From contig NIVC01001655.1 in NCBI GenBank assembly GCA_002269645.1, positions 124,001 to 188,000 on the forward strand: 64,000 bases of DNA. Direction: 5' to 3'. Positions 22,728-34,391 of this stretch are shown here, in pieces (the stretch's first letter is position 1; every line of letters begins with the position of its first letter). The notes below the pieces were generated by a model that saw only the letters and a program-made list of their open reading frames with translations, was not told where the DNA came from and ran no database searches. The position numbers and the translations under genes are program-made. The DNA comes from Macrostomum lignano. Taxonomy: Eukaryota.

Positions 22728-23822
22728 TTACAGCGTCCTCTTCACGATGTGCTCATAGTCCCACCTGACCCAGATTGTGTCCCAGACTCTGAAGTCTTCC
22801 AGATTGAGTCGCTTTAACGTGATCGGCGACATCAGTACAAAGAACCTGCTAGTAAAAAAGTTCACCAGGCGCCCATAGTTTGGCGACATGGCCGCGCTGT
22901 CGTAGAAGTTGGAGCGCCGCCACTCCATCAGTACGACAACAACCTGTCGCTCGTCGATCAGCTTTGCGCTGCTTTCGAAGAAGTCGCGCTCTCTGGTCTC
23001 GAAGTGAATTTTCATCACAACGAACCGAGTCCTCAGGTGCGGAATGAGGTCGTCTCCGAGTCCGGTAGCCACCGGAACCGTGTCGCGAACGACTGCAGAC
23101 TTCGGGCTGCCTGAGCCGTCTCGGGCTCCAACGAGCTTGCAGGACTCGGCGTCGTACTGCAGGTACCGGATGCCGACCCGGGTGTGGAAGAAGGCCCAGA
23201 AAAGCCGCAGCAGACCCGGCCGAGCCCGCAGCTTCCTGGCTGACAGCCGCAGTCGGATCAGGTTTCGAATGTTCCAGTCCACCGCGACTGTCGCGATTCC
23301 GGCGTCCACCGCTTGCAGGCTGTACACGCCGATGTCGCTGCCGACGTCAAGGAAGGTGACCTCGGACTTGGACAGAGCCCGCATGATGTCGATGAGCCGC
23401 GACACCAGCTGGAGCTCCCAGGACTGCGACCGGAAACTCGTCCGAGAAACGAGGCCGCGACCTCGGTACTTGAAGATGGTTATGTTCCGGTTAGCGATTC
23501 TGCTCGTCAGGTGGTCCACAGCGGCCGCTCGTCTCACTTCGTGCTCGATGCTGAGCGGCAGTCTGTCAGGCAGCTGACACAGCGGGAACTTGCCGCCAAT
23601 GATGGTGAAGGCTGTGAGGTTCTGACACAGTCGTCTTCTCATGCCGTCATGGAGAAAGTTGACGCTGCTGAGCTCGGAGAAGCCGGCACAGCTGGTTGCA
23701 GAAAGCGTGTCCGCTCGCAGGTGCGAAATAAGCCAGCGAAGCAGCAAGGCCGTACAGACTGCCCCAAGAATTAATGCAGGCCGCTTCCTAACATTGCAAC
23801 GCCTCGCCCTCTTTCGATGCAT
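22728..23822 (-). CDS. FkbM-like (class I SAM-dependent) methyltransferase-domain protein with N-terminal signal anchor, paralogue 1, 364 aa, intronless
   Basis: Motif I FLDVGSDIGVYSL, later VVMKIHFE and VVVVLMEW; basic then hydrophobic N-terminus. Confidence 0.75.
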   Translation of the reverse strand: MHRKRARRCNVRKRPALILGAVCTALLLRWLISHLRADTLSATSCAGFSELSSVNFLHDGMRRRLCQNLTAFTIIGGKFPLCQLPDRLPLSIEHEVRRAAAVDHLTSRIANRNITIFKYRGRGLVSRTSFRSQSWELQLVSRLIDIMRALSKSEVTFLDVGSDIGVYSLQAVDAGIATVAVDWNIRNLIRLRLSARKLRARPGLLRLFWAFFHTRVGIRYLQYDAESCKLVGARDGSGSPKSAVVRDTVPVATGLGDDLIPHLRTRFVVMKIHFETRERDFFESSAKLIDERQVVVVLMEWRRSNFYDSAAMSPNYGRLVNFFTSRFFVLMSPITLKRLNLEDFRVWDTIWVRWDYEHIVKRTL

Positions 23823-24454
23823 TGCATTGCTGAAGGCACAAATGATTTCGGCTGAATGACCGCAGGCCGAAATCTGTTTGTGACCCTTGTAGTCGACTTT
23901 TCTATCAGATGCCCCACGTGTTTTATCAAAGCAAATTTAGCTTTCCATTGGACTGAATCCATACACCAGAGCAGACCCTTTTTCGCAAGCTGCCCCGCAA
24001 TTTCCCCCAGCCTAATGCTTCTTTCATATTTTTGTGCGCCTGTCAGGGGCGAGGCTGCTCAGCCTGAGAATGCGCTATGCGTTGCCGCCAACCCCGAGCT
24101 TAAAACCGTCAGCCACCCCACGAAAATCTTATTCTTTAGCTAGTAACAAAGAACAGGACAAAATAAAGTTAGCCTAAAGTTAGAAATAAAGTGAGCCAAG
24201 CGAGCTCTGTGACATTAGAATAATAGAAACTGCCCCCCTTGCACGGTCACGGCTGGACAACTGGGCAAGACATTCAAATAAATGTACAGCAAACATATTC
24301 TTCCATGCACAGCTAGAGTTAATGCTCAGATCGTGCCTATATCAAAACATCGGGTGGCATTTCGTTGTCTTGACACCTTACTGTAATTCTTTGCACTGTC
24401 TAGCTACATGTAGTTCTATACATATCTAGCCTGAGACATGGGAGGCTGAGAATT

Positions 24455-24587
24455 TCTGAGATGCCAAGCCTCTCGGGGAATTATTGCTGAGATGCCAAGC
24501 CTCTCGGGGAATTATTGCTGAGATGCCATGCCTCTCGGGGGATTATTGCTGAGATGCCAAGCCTCACGGGGATTATTGCTGAGATGC
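24455..24587. repeat. 31-bp minisatellite (TGAGATGCCAAGCCTCTCGGGGAATTATTGC), about 4 units
   Basis: Read directly. Confidence 0.9.
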
Positions 24588-25149
24588 TACATCTGGCTTC
24601 ATTTGATACTCATTTGATCATTTGATACTGGCTTCATTTGATGGCTCTTTGAATAAGCTTAAAGAGTTTTATTGAGATATTAAGTAGTGAATCCTTTAAG
24701 GATCAGAATTATATTGTTTACTTTGACTCTAACTTAATAGTATAGATAATCATTTCAGTAGCGCTGGATAGGGTATATAGTAGTACGACTTGTACGCGCA
24801 AGAAGAATATAGAATTGAGGCAAAGTTTAATCTTATATATACGAGTGGTTTTGCATTACAAGACAATGAGATGGTAGAGGAAGTTACACATGCGATGTTA
24901 CATGTATAAGGTAACACTCAACAAAGATAATTTATAGCATAAAGGTCAAGACGAAAAGGAACTATAGCTACTATTAGTTTACTGGTAATAGATATGCACA
25001 GGCAGACTGCTAGGAGCTATAGTGTGTCAATCAACTCAAAAATAAGTTGAACAAGGTTCTCAATTGTCACAGTGCATCGTCGAAGTTGTAACAGCGCATG
25101 AACAACACAAGAGTAAATATCACTTTGCTAGGGCGAATATATCACTTCA

Positions 25150-25345
25150 CGAGAAAGGAATTTCACTTTACGACCGAGGAAATGTTACTTCACGACTGAG
25201 GAAATGTCACTTCACGAGAGAGGAAATGTCACTTTACGAGAGAGGAAATGTCACTCTACGAGAGAGGAAATGTCACTTTAACAGAGAGAGGAAATGTCAC
25301 TTCACGAGAGAGGAAATGTCACTTCACGAGAGAGGAAATGTCAAA
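25150..25345. repeat. 22-bp minisatellite (GAAATGTCACTTCACGAGAGAG)
   Basis: Read directly. Confidence 0.88.
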
Positions 25346-25439
25346 ATTAAAAATTTGACAAAACAAGTAAATTTTACTTGCGACTGTGTAACGTCCTTCT
25401 AATTTAGCTGTCCATGGAACGCCTGCAACGGGCAGCTAT

Positions 25440-28245
25440 CTAGCCGCAGTCAACAGAGAAAACGCGGACTTCCCCGTTAACTCCAGCATTTCCTCCCGAT
25501 GTGGCGCTGCAGGCCGTGCCGTTGCAGGCAGAGCCGCCGCCTCCTCCGGCGCATTCCGATATGGCGCCGGCGCCGCCGCCGCTGTAGCCGCCGCCGCCGC
25601 CGCTGCCGCCGAAATAGCCGCTAGGGGCATAATCGGTCATTGTGCCCCTGGCGCCGCCGCCGCCTCCGCCGAAGCCTACGTCTCCGGTAGTGATCGTGTC
25701 GCCGCGGACGCCGCCCAGCCAGCCGCCGACGCGGCTGAAGCCCCCGGTGCCGTCGGTGGAGTAGACGGCGGTGTTAGAGACCGCGTTGCCGTTCCAGCCG
25801 GCTCCAGGGCCGCCTGGGCTGTGCCGGTTGTCCGGGTTGCCATGGTAACGCGACGAGCCCACCCTGCCCGGCTCACCTCCGGCGCCTCCGAGACCCATGT
25901 ATTCGGCTGCTATGTGATATGAAGAGTCCAGTCCGTTGCCAAGCGAGTTGCCGTTCCTACCTGAAAGGTTTTTCCGCCTCCGCCAGCTGCGATGAGCAGC
26001 TCGTTGTTGCTGCTCATGTACACGAAGCTGCCGCCGCCGCCGCCTGAGCCGGCAAACCTCAAATTGGAGTCTTGGCCCGCCTGGCCAACAACAATGGCCA
26101 GATCGGTTCCGGCAGTTAGGCTGAAGGTACCAGCGACGGAAGCGCCTCTGCCGGGCTGCTTGGCCTTGATGTAGTCGTAGCCGCCTCTGGCTCCAAGGAC
26201 TTCGATGCGGTAGCAGACGGTTGCCGTAATGCGCAGGGCTTGAACGGAGCCGTCCTTTCCCGAGCCTGTGGCTGCATTTACAATTTTACACGACTATTTT
26301 GAACGAGGCTTGCATCGTCCAACAACCAACCTTTGCCCATTCCGCTGATTCCTGAGCAGATACAAGCACGCACTCGTACACACGCTCACACAGGGTGTTC
26401 AGGGGCCCGTGCTATAGAATCAGGAGTTAGGAGTTAGGAGCTAGGACTCAAGAGTACTCTTGACAAGGAGTGATTGAATTTTGCGTGCTATAGATTTCAG
26501 GAGTTAAGAGTTAGGAGCTAGGATTTCTTGCAAGGAGTGCAGCCTAGGAGTGGGGGTGTGTTCAAGGAGTGTTGCGCAATCGTTTAAGGATGATAGAGAA
26601 TTGTGTGCTATATCACAATCCTAACTTTACGGTCCTTAAGGACTGAATCTCAGGAGTTAAAATGCAAATTTCTCAAAAATATCATTTGTGAGAGCCGTCG
26701 CTGCACGCAAAGAGGTTCTCTTTGGTGCGTTTAGTACAACCATAACTAAGAATGCGAAGATTGCTATGTGGCAAGACGTGATATTGGAATGCCGTGAAAA
26801 GTTTGGCTTTGACCCAACTCCTGACTGACTGCATGAGCTGCATTGAGGGAGTTTGCAGTGCAGTTTGACTGCAGATTGCCAGTTGAATATTAATGCGCAG
26901 CTGCCTGCGAGCTTCGAGACACCTGCAAGCATTTTGCAGTGCCAGAAATATCAGAAACAGAACAGAATGAAGAATGCAAGCAATATTGATAAAATAATAA
27001 TAGCATTATTTATTTAGGTGTTTAACTATTTATGATATATATTTAACTTGATAAATGTATTTCTAATAATTGTCGACGGCGTCTATCATTGACTCCTTCC
27101 TCATCAGAATCCGATTCGCTGTCCGAAAACATAATCCTAGCTTGTCTAAGAGTGAAAATTGGCCCTTGAACTCTTGCTTAGGAGTCAAGAGTTAGGAGCG
27201 AAATTTTCTCATTCTATAGGACACACGCTCCTAGAATCACTCCTAAAAGCCAACTCCTAGCTCCTAGCTCCTAGACTTCCTCTCCTAATTCTATAGCATG
27301 CCACGGACCTTAATGAGTTCTCCTAAATTCACCCAGGAGTCTCCTAACGTCCTTAAGGAGCCTCCTAGCTCTTAAAATTTACTCTTGATTCTATAGCACA
27401 GAAAAGCCAGCTAGGAGCTAGGAGTTAGGACACTCTTAAGGATATAGGAGTTAAGAGTATTCTATAGCACGGGCCCCAGCGGCCCTGACTCTCTAATCAA
27501 TAGACATGTACACTCTCTTTGTGCCTTGAGGGTTGGCCCAAAATTTTTGTGCAAGATTTTGTGCATTTACCATTTAAGGCAAAATTACAGAAGTACGGCT
27601 CAGTGGTATCACGTCTGACTCATGCCAGTTGTGCCTAAGTTTGATAGAATACGTGGCCAAATTAATTTGCGGCTCGTGTGCGAAAATCCCTCAATTGCGA
27701 CATTCTTAAGTTCTTATTGAATTTCTTCAATGGACGTGCGATGGACGCTAATGAGGGCTGATCACCCGATCACTGTAAGTACGCGAATGCCTTGAGGAAA
27801 CAGCGTAATAGGTTGAAAAATTTTGCATCTTACCGCCAAAGGTGATTCTCATCCTTCTCTCTTGCAGCAGCCTGGCAAAGTCAACCAAAGTCCAGATTAT
27901 GACTCCATTGCCGCTCTGAAACTCCCTGCGCTGGTGCCTCTCGGCCGGCTGCAGTTGACCATTCGATTCATCATCAACGAAGACAAAATCGCAGGTGAAG
28001 TGACAGTCACTTTTTCTCTTAGCAACCACGGCATCGCATTTTTTCTCCTGGCATTTTGTAGCGCAGTGAATGTCACTGTCTGCATCGGGGTCAAAGAGCA
28101 GCCGTGTGCTGTGAGCTTCCGTGATGTGGAGGGAGCTCGCAAACTCATACTCACTCTGGCAGTAGATTGGGATTGCAATCGCTGCAATGAACAGTTTCAG
28201 GGTGATGGTTGAAGTTATGGAAACGAAAAAATCAACTACAAGCAT
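25440..28245 (-). CDS. Secreted protein: signal peptide + PAN/apple-like Cys module + ALK/LTK-type glycine-rich domain; 1-nt frameshift at T5 run 25969-25973
   Basis: Exons 28245-27834, 26351-26331 (21-nt microexon) and 26271-25440, all phase 1. Motifs YRIEVLGARGG, GASVAGTFSL, LAIVVGQAG, GGGGGSFV, LLIAAGGGG, GGGGGYSGG. Exon total is 1265 nt, one base short of 422 codons. Confidence 0.7.
26403..27476. mobile_element. Non-autonomous PIF/Harbinger-like DNA transposon, 1074 bp, intronic
   Basis: 18-bp TIR GGGCCCGTGCTATAGAAT, 3-bp direct flank CAG on both sides (26400-02, 27477-79), subterminal AGGAGTT/CTATAG repeats, no ORF. Confidence 0.78.
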
Positions 28246-28322
28246 GTCAGACGTGAGCACCACCTTACTCTTAGAAATTGAGTGACCGCTGAGCTTCCAA
28301 CGCCACTTATTGAGAAACGATG

Positions 28323-28532
28323 TTTCACTTTAAGCGACATTGTCACACAACCGGCGAGAGGCATTGCTGCCCATTCCGCCGACTCCCCTGAGCAGGCACA
28401 CAAGCGCACAGGCACACACTCACACAGGAGTGTACAGTGGCCCTAACTTTATTTATCGTTAGGCATGTACACTTCACTGTGCCTTGGGGCGGGGGGTTGG
28501 CCCTCAAGGCCGTTAATTGCACGAGCAGACAC
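28323..28532 (-). mobile_element. SINE family 2 copy (5'-truncated)
   Basis: Reverse-complement match to the body and 3' end of 53271-53596. Confidence 0.8.
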
Positions 28533-29104
28533 GAGCGAAAAACGATATTAAGAAGCATATGGACAAAGTCTAGAAAAAATTAACTTACCAATAATTGAGA
28601 ACAGACGAGCTACTGTGCTCTTGATCGAGAGAGCCATTTAGAAATATTGTGTTTAGTATCTCTGTCTTTTTCTAGTGCAGTTCTACCTGTGGAATAGATT
28701 AAAATCATCAATTTTATTGGGAATTTTTTCGACGTGCAACCACCTCTTATACCATAGCGACCAACAAAGCAGCATTTTCGCGGGTAGGTAGAGTGTTCGC
28801 AGGCCATTGTCATTTAGGCGGCAGTTATTGCGTTATGCTCAGCTAGTTATTTGTGTTGCTAAGCTACAAGCGTACGTGCATATCAATGCAGTTGGATGCA
28901 TACGTGTATAGCCCATATGTCCCGTTCGACTCTCATTGGCACTTTCGCTGTTAATTATTAGACCTCCCCATCACCACATTCTGCCTTCTCTTGGAAAAAG
29001 GGGATTTAATTGTTAATAATAATTATTATTGATATTGATATTGATAATTATTGATAATATAGCAAGCTCACTAATAATAAGCCTTACAAATATCAAACTC
29101 CAAA

Positions 29105-30369
29105 TACAATACAATACAATAAATACAATGGCCACCGGCCACAAGTGGTCAGGAAAGGGGGGGACATTGTCAAAAAGCACGCTTAGCTGCGCAGTCTCTG
29201 ATGAAGGTAGCGCCATTGATCTGATCAGGCGCCCTGGCGTCTTCTGTCAGACAGTCGACGAACCTCCGGGTCCGCGCCTGCCCCCGCCGGAACGGGCCCT
29301 GCTGCGTGTACAGCAAGACCTCCTGCAGCGGCTCCGGGCAGTAGGACTCGGCGCGAATGACGTGGCCCGCCAGCTTCAGGCGGCGCTGTCGCAGGGTCAC
29401 GCTGGGAGGGCTCAGCTTGGCCCGCTGGTAGAGAGCCTGGTTGGTGACGTGTTCGGCGTGACGGTGCACGCTGAAGGCAGCGCGCAGCAGGCTGGAGTGC
29501 GCCGCGTCCAGCTGGCGCTCCAGCACATCCGTCATGGTCCAGGTCTCGGCGTTGTAGAAGAGCACCGTTTCCACCACCGCCTGGAACAGTCTGGTTCTCA
29601 GCTGGTCTGGCAGGGCGTCGCTTTGGAGCACGATGCGCACTGAGCGGAAAGCCGCCCACGCAAGCCCTCTGCGACGCCGCAGGTCCTCCTGGACGCTGGG
29701 CACGAGACCACCAAGGTACCGGAACTGCTCACATCGGGGGAGCGGTGCTGCCGTTGCGCTGTCCATGCTGGGAAGGCGGATGACCGCTGGCAGATCGGCT
29801 GGCACAGTCAGGACCTCCGTCTTCTTGGCGTTGATCTTAAGGCCAACCTTCGCAGCGGCAGCAGCTAGGCCGTCGAGGAGGCGTTGAGCACCAGCAGCAG
29901 TGGATGCCAGCAGGGCGAGGTCATCAGCATATCCGAGGACTGCCAGCCGCTTCTCCGGGTGCCGGCTGCTCGTTCGCCTGCATAGGATGTAGCCGTCCGA
30001 GTTGTCCGGTAGTCCTGTCCGCAGCACCCAGTCCAAGATGAGGATGAACAGGAAGGGAGCGAGGGTGTCTCCTTGCAGGACTCCGGATGAGGTGGTGAAG
30101 AAGTCGGAAAGGCCGTCAGGTGTGATCACAGCAGCGTGCGTGTCGTGGTAGAGCGCCATCACTGCTGCAATCAGTTTCTCTGGCACGTTGTAGGCTCGGA
30201 GAACTAGTGGAATCACGCCTCGAGCCACCGAGTCGAAAGCCTTCAGGAAGTCGATGAACAGACAGAAAAGGTCCGACTGGCGAATGCGCGATTCCTCGAT
30301 AATTCTCCGGAGCGCCAGAATTTGCGTGACTGTACCACGTCGTGGCCGGAACCCATTCTGCTCGTACCG
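29105..30369 (-). mobile_element. 5'-truncated RTE-clade non-LTR retrotransposon (reverse transcriptase C-terminal half)
   Basis: Open ORF with EQNGFR, FIDFLKAFDSV, GVLQGDTLAPFLF, YADD; (ATTGT)n tail; 11-bp TSD CAAACTCCAAA at 29094-29104 and 30370-30380; empty site seen at about 33061. Confidence 0.93.
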
Positions 30370-31160
30370 CAAACTCCAAAACACCAGTCACTGCCCTCTA
30401 TCCTGTTGACCAGACTGATTTTAGCGCATGGCTCTCTCTGTACCATTCTCTACTTTAGCCATACCTTCCAACTGCGGCTCAAACTGCTCCCAGTTGAGTC
30501 CAAATTGATTTCTGTTGTCTATGTTTTGTCTGTGGTTTATCTATGGTTTATCTATGGTTTGTCATTGGTTTGTCTATAATTTGTCTATGGCTAATCTATT
30601 GTTTATCTATGGTTTGTCTATGGTTTATCTATGGTTTATCTATGGTTTGTCTATAATTTATCTATGGTCTGTCTATGGTTTATCTATGATTTTTCTACGG
30701 TTTATCAATGGTTTGTTTTTTGTTTATCAATGGTTTTTTTTGGTTTATCTATGGTTTGTCTATGAGTTGTCTATGGGTTGTCTATGAGTTGTCTATGGGT
30801 TTGTCTATGGTTAGTGTTGCTTCTGAGTCGGAAAACGGAGACGAACCGGTTTTGTGGCTAGCCTCCAGCTTGGCCTTTTTCGGTCTAAATTCTAGCGCTC
30901 CAGTTGAGCAGCTCTGAGTTACTAACGCTAGTGTATTTTGGGCTCGATCAGCCGTGGTTCAATCGAAACCTATACAAGCAGCAGAGGTTGTGGACATAGA
31001 CGATTCTCAATCTGCTTCATCGTCTCAAATAAAAGTGCACATGCCTGTAGTCCAACAGTTTGTCTATGGGTTTGTCTATGGGTTGCCTTTGGTTTATCTA
31101 TGGTTTGTCTTTGGTTTATATACATGGTTTATCTATGGTTTGTCTATGCGTTTTGCTATG

Positions 31161-31713
31161 AGGCCTTATGAATAAACTGAGCAAATGCTCAAACTCAAGC
31201 AAATGCTCAGGTCAGTAAGAATAAGCTGAGCTCTTACTCAGGAGCAAATACTCAGTAGTAAATACTCCAAAGTATTTTCTCAGATTCCTGAGAAAGTTCT
31301 CGGCTGCAGAGCAATTGCTCCAGTCAGTAAGAATAAAAACATGGTCATAGACAAAAGAGCGGAGTAATTGCTCAAAAAAACGCTGAGGCAGCTCTAAAGC
31401 TGACTCAGTCGGTAAAAGCCACTGTGTTTCCATTTTTTCTCTTGTAAGAAATCTCTTGCTATTTCTTTAATCAGGCTCTTTTTCACATGGAAGTCATAGT
31501 CTATGGTCAAGATTCAAGTGAACTTAAGCCTAAAGCAGTCAAGCTGCTGCTCAAGCGGCTGAGCAATTACTCTGAGTCTGAGTTTTTTGTTTATTCATAC
31601 TGAATTGTTGCATTTGCTCGGACTCAGAGCATTTACGCAGCCTCGAGAAAATGCTCCAGCTCAGAGTGCTAGCATTTGCTCAAGAGCATTTGCTCAGTTT
31701 ATTCATACGGCCT
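31161..31713. mobile_element. Harbinger-like MITE (about 555 bp) in macro-repeat unit 1
   Basis: 30-bp TIR AGGCC(G/T)TATGAATAAACTGAGCAAATGCTC, ATG on both flanks. Confidence 0.8.
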
Positions 31714-33836
31714 ATGGTTTGTCTATGCTTTATCTATGGTTTGTCTTTAGTTTATATATGGGTTGTCTATGGTTTGTCTATGGTTTGTCTATGGTTTGTC
31801 TTTTGGTTTGTCTTTGGTTTGTCTATGGTTTATCTATAGTTTGTCTATGGGTTGTCTATAATTTGTCTATAGTTTGTCTATGGTTTTTTTTCGATGGTTT
31901 GTCGATGGTTTGTCTATGGTTTGTCTATGGTTTGTCCATGGGTTTGTCTATTGTCTTTGGTTTATCTATGGTTTGTCTATGGTTTGTCTATGGGTTTTTC
32001 TATGGGTTTGTCTATGGGTTGTCTTTGGTTGATCTTTGGTTTGTCTATGGTTTGTCTATGGGTTGTCTAAGAGTTTGTCTATGGGTTGTCTTTGGTTTAT
32101 CTATGGTTTGTCTTTGGTGTATATATGGGTTGTCTATGCTTTATCCAAGTTTTGTCTATAGTTTGTCTATGGGTGTGTCAATGGGTTTTTCTATGGTTTA
32201 TCTATGGTTTTTCGATGGTTTGTCGATGATTTATTCATGTTTGTCTATAATTTGTCTATGTTTTTTTCTATATAAAATTTTACGACCTTTGACAAATTTT
32301 ATCGAAGAAAAATCCATTTGTCAAACTTATACGAGTCACTTTCGCGTCTATGCTTCCTATGATTTTCTCTCGTCCTACTCTCTCGTCTAAAGCCCCCAAA
32401 AGCCCCAGTTAATAAAATTCAAATCAGCATTGTATGCACGAAGCTTCGCATTGAGTAGGGACCACCACTCGATTTGAGGCTATAATGCTCTTCTCTCATC
32501 CACTGAGACTCATGGTTGCTAAGCAACACCAGATAAACAGAATCTCAGCTGCACAGTGTTTTAAGGCACTCAAGCGTAATAGTAGAAACTACCGTGACAG
32601 AAGCACGCGGGGCAGGAACTGCGGAGTCTAAAGCAGTAAATTATGCTATAAAATTTTCAAAAATTTCAGTTGTAAAATCACAATGTAGCTTGGGGATTTT
32701 TTTCGACGTGCAACCACCTCTTATACCATAGCGACCAACCAAGCAGCATTTTCGTGGGTAGGTAGAGTGTTCGCAGGCCATTGTCATTTAGGCGGCAGTG
32801 ATTGCGTTATGCTCAGCCAGTTATTTGTGTTGCTAAGCTACAAGCGTACGCGCATATCAATGCAGTTGGATGCATACGTGTATAGCCCATATGTCCCGTT
32901 TGATTCTCATTGGCACTTTCGCTGTTAATTAATAGACCTCCCCATCAGCACATTCTGCCTTCATTTGGAAAAAGGGGATTTAATTGTTAATAATAATTAT
33001 TATTGATATTGATATTGATAATTATTGATAATATAGCAAGATCACTAATAATAAGCCTTACAAATATCAAACTCCAAAACACCAGTCACTGCCCTCTATC
33101 CTGTTGACCAGACTGATTTTAGCGCATGGCTCTCTCTGTGCCATTCTCTACTTTAGCCATACCTTCCAACTGCGGCTCAAACTGCTCCCAGTTGAGTCCA
33201 AATTGATTTCTGTTGTCTATGTTTTGTCTGTGGTTTATCTATGGTTTATCTATGGTTTGTCATTGGTTTGTCTATAATTTGTCTATGGCTAATCTATTGT
33301 TTATCTATGGTTTGTCTATGGTTTATCTATGGTTTATCTATGGTTTGTCTATAATTTATCTATGGTCTGTCTATGGTTTATCTATGATTTTTCTACGGTT
33401 TATCAATGGTTTGTTTTTTGTTTATCAATGGTTTTTTTTGGTTTATCTATGGTTTGTCTATGAGTTGTCTATGGGTTTGTCTATGGTTAGTGTTGCTTCT
33501 GAGTCGGAAAACGGAGACGAACCGGTTTTGTGGCTAGCCTCCAGCTTGGCCTTTTTCGGTCTAAATTCTAGCGCTCCAGTTGAGCAGCTCTGAGTTACTA
33601 ACGCTAGTGTATTTTGGGCTCGATCAGCCGTGGTTCAATCGAAACCTATACAAGCAGCAGAGGTTGTGGACATAGACGATTCTCAATCTGCTTCATCGTC
33701 TCAAATAAAAGTGCACATGCCTGTAGTCCAACAGTTTGTCTATGGGTTTGTCTATGGGTTGCCTTTGGTTTATCTATGGTTTGTCTTTGGTTTATATATA
33801 TGGTTTATCTATGGTTTGTCTATGCGTTTTGCTATG

Positions 33837-34391
33837 AGGCCGTATGAATAAACTGAGCAAATGCTCAAACTCAAGCAAATGCTCAGGTCAGTAAGAATAA
33901 GCTGAGCTCTTACTCAGGAGCAAATACTCAGTAGTAAATACTCCAAAGTATTTTCTCAGATTCCTGAGAAAGTTCTCGGCTGCAGAGCAATTGCTCCAGT
34001 CAGTAAGAATAAAAAACATGGTCATAGACAAAAGAGCGGAGCAATTGCTCAAAAAAACGCTGAGGCAGCTCTAAAGCTGACTCAGTCGGTAAAAGCCACT
34101 GTGTTTCCATTTTTTCTCTTGTAAGAAATCTCTTGCTATTTCTTTAATCAGGCTCTTTTTTCACATGGAAGTCCTAGTCTATGGTCAAGATTCAAGTGAA
34201 CTCAAGCCTAAAGCAGCCAGGCTGCTGCTCAAGCGGCTGAGCAATTACTCTGAGTCTGAGTTTTTTGTTTATTCATACTGAATTGTTGCATTTGCTCGGA
34301 CTCAGAGCATTTACGCAGCCTCGAGAAAATGCTCCAGCTCAGAGTGCTAGCATTTGCTCAAGAGCATTTGCTCAGTTTATTCATACGGCCT
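33837..34391. mobile_element. Harbinger-like MITE in macro-repeat unit 2
   Basis: Perfect 30-bp TIR AGGCCGTATGAATAAACTGAGCAAATGCTC, 3-bp ATG flanks. Confidence 0.82.

Noticed and set aside
23044-23774. Plus-strand ORFs over the FkbM-like genes (also 42536-43245)
   Set aside because: Antisense shadows of GC-rich coding sequence, conserved only because the sense CDS is duplicated.
22728-23822. Recent bacterial horizontal transfer of the FkbM-like genes
   Set aside because: Being intronless is not enough; composition resembles the other host exons, there is a eukaryotic-type signal anchor, and FkbM-like genes are known from invertebrates. A phylogeny would be needed.
30810-31050. Possible exons in the non-minisatellite part of the macro-repeat unit
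   Set aside because: Short frames with stops on both strands and no recognisable motif or phase-consistent exon chain.
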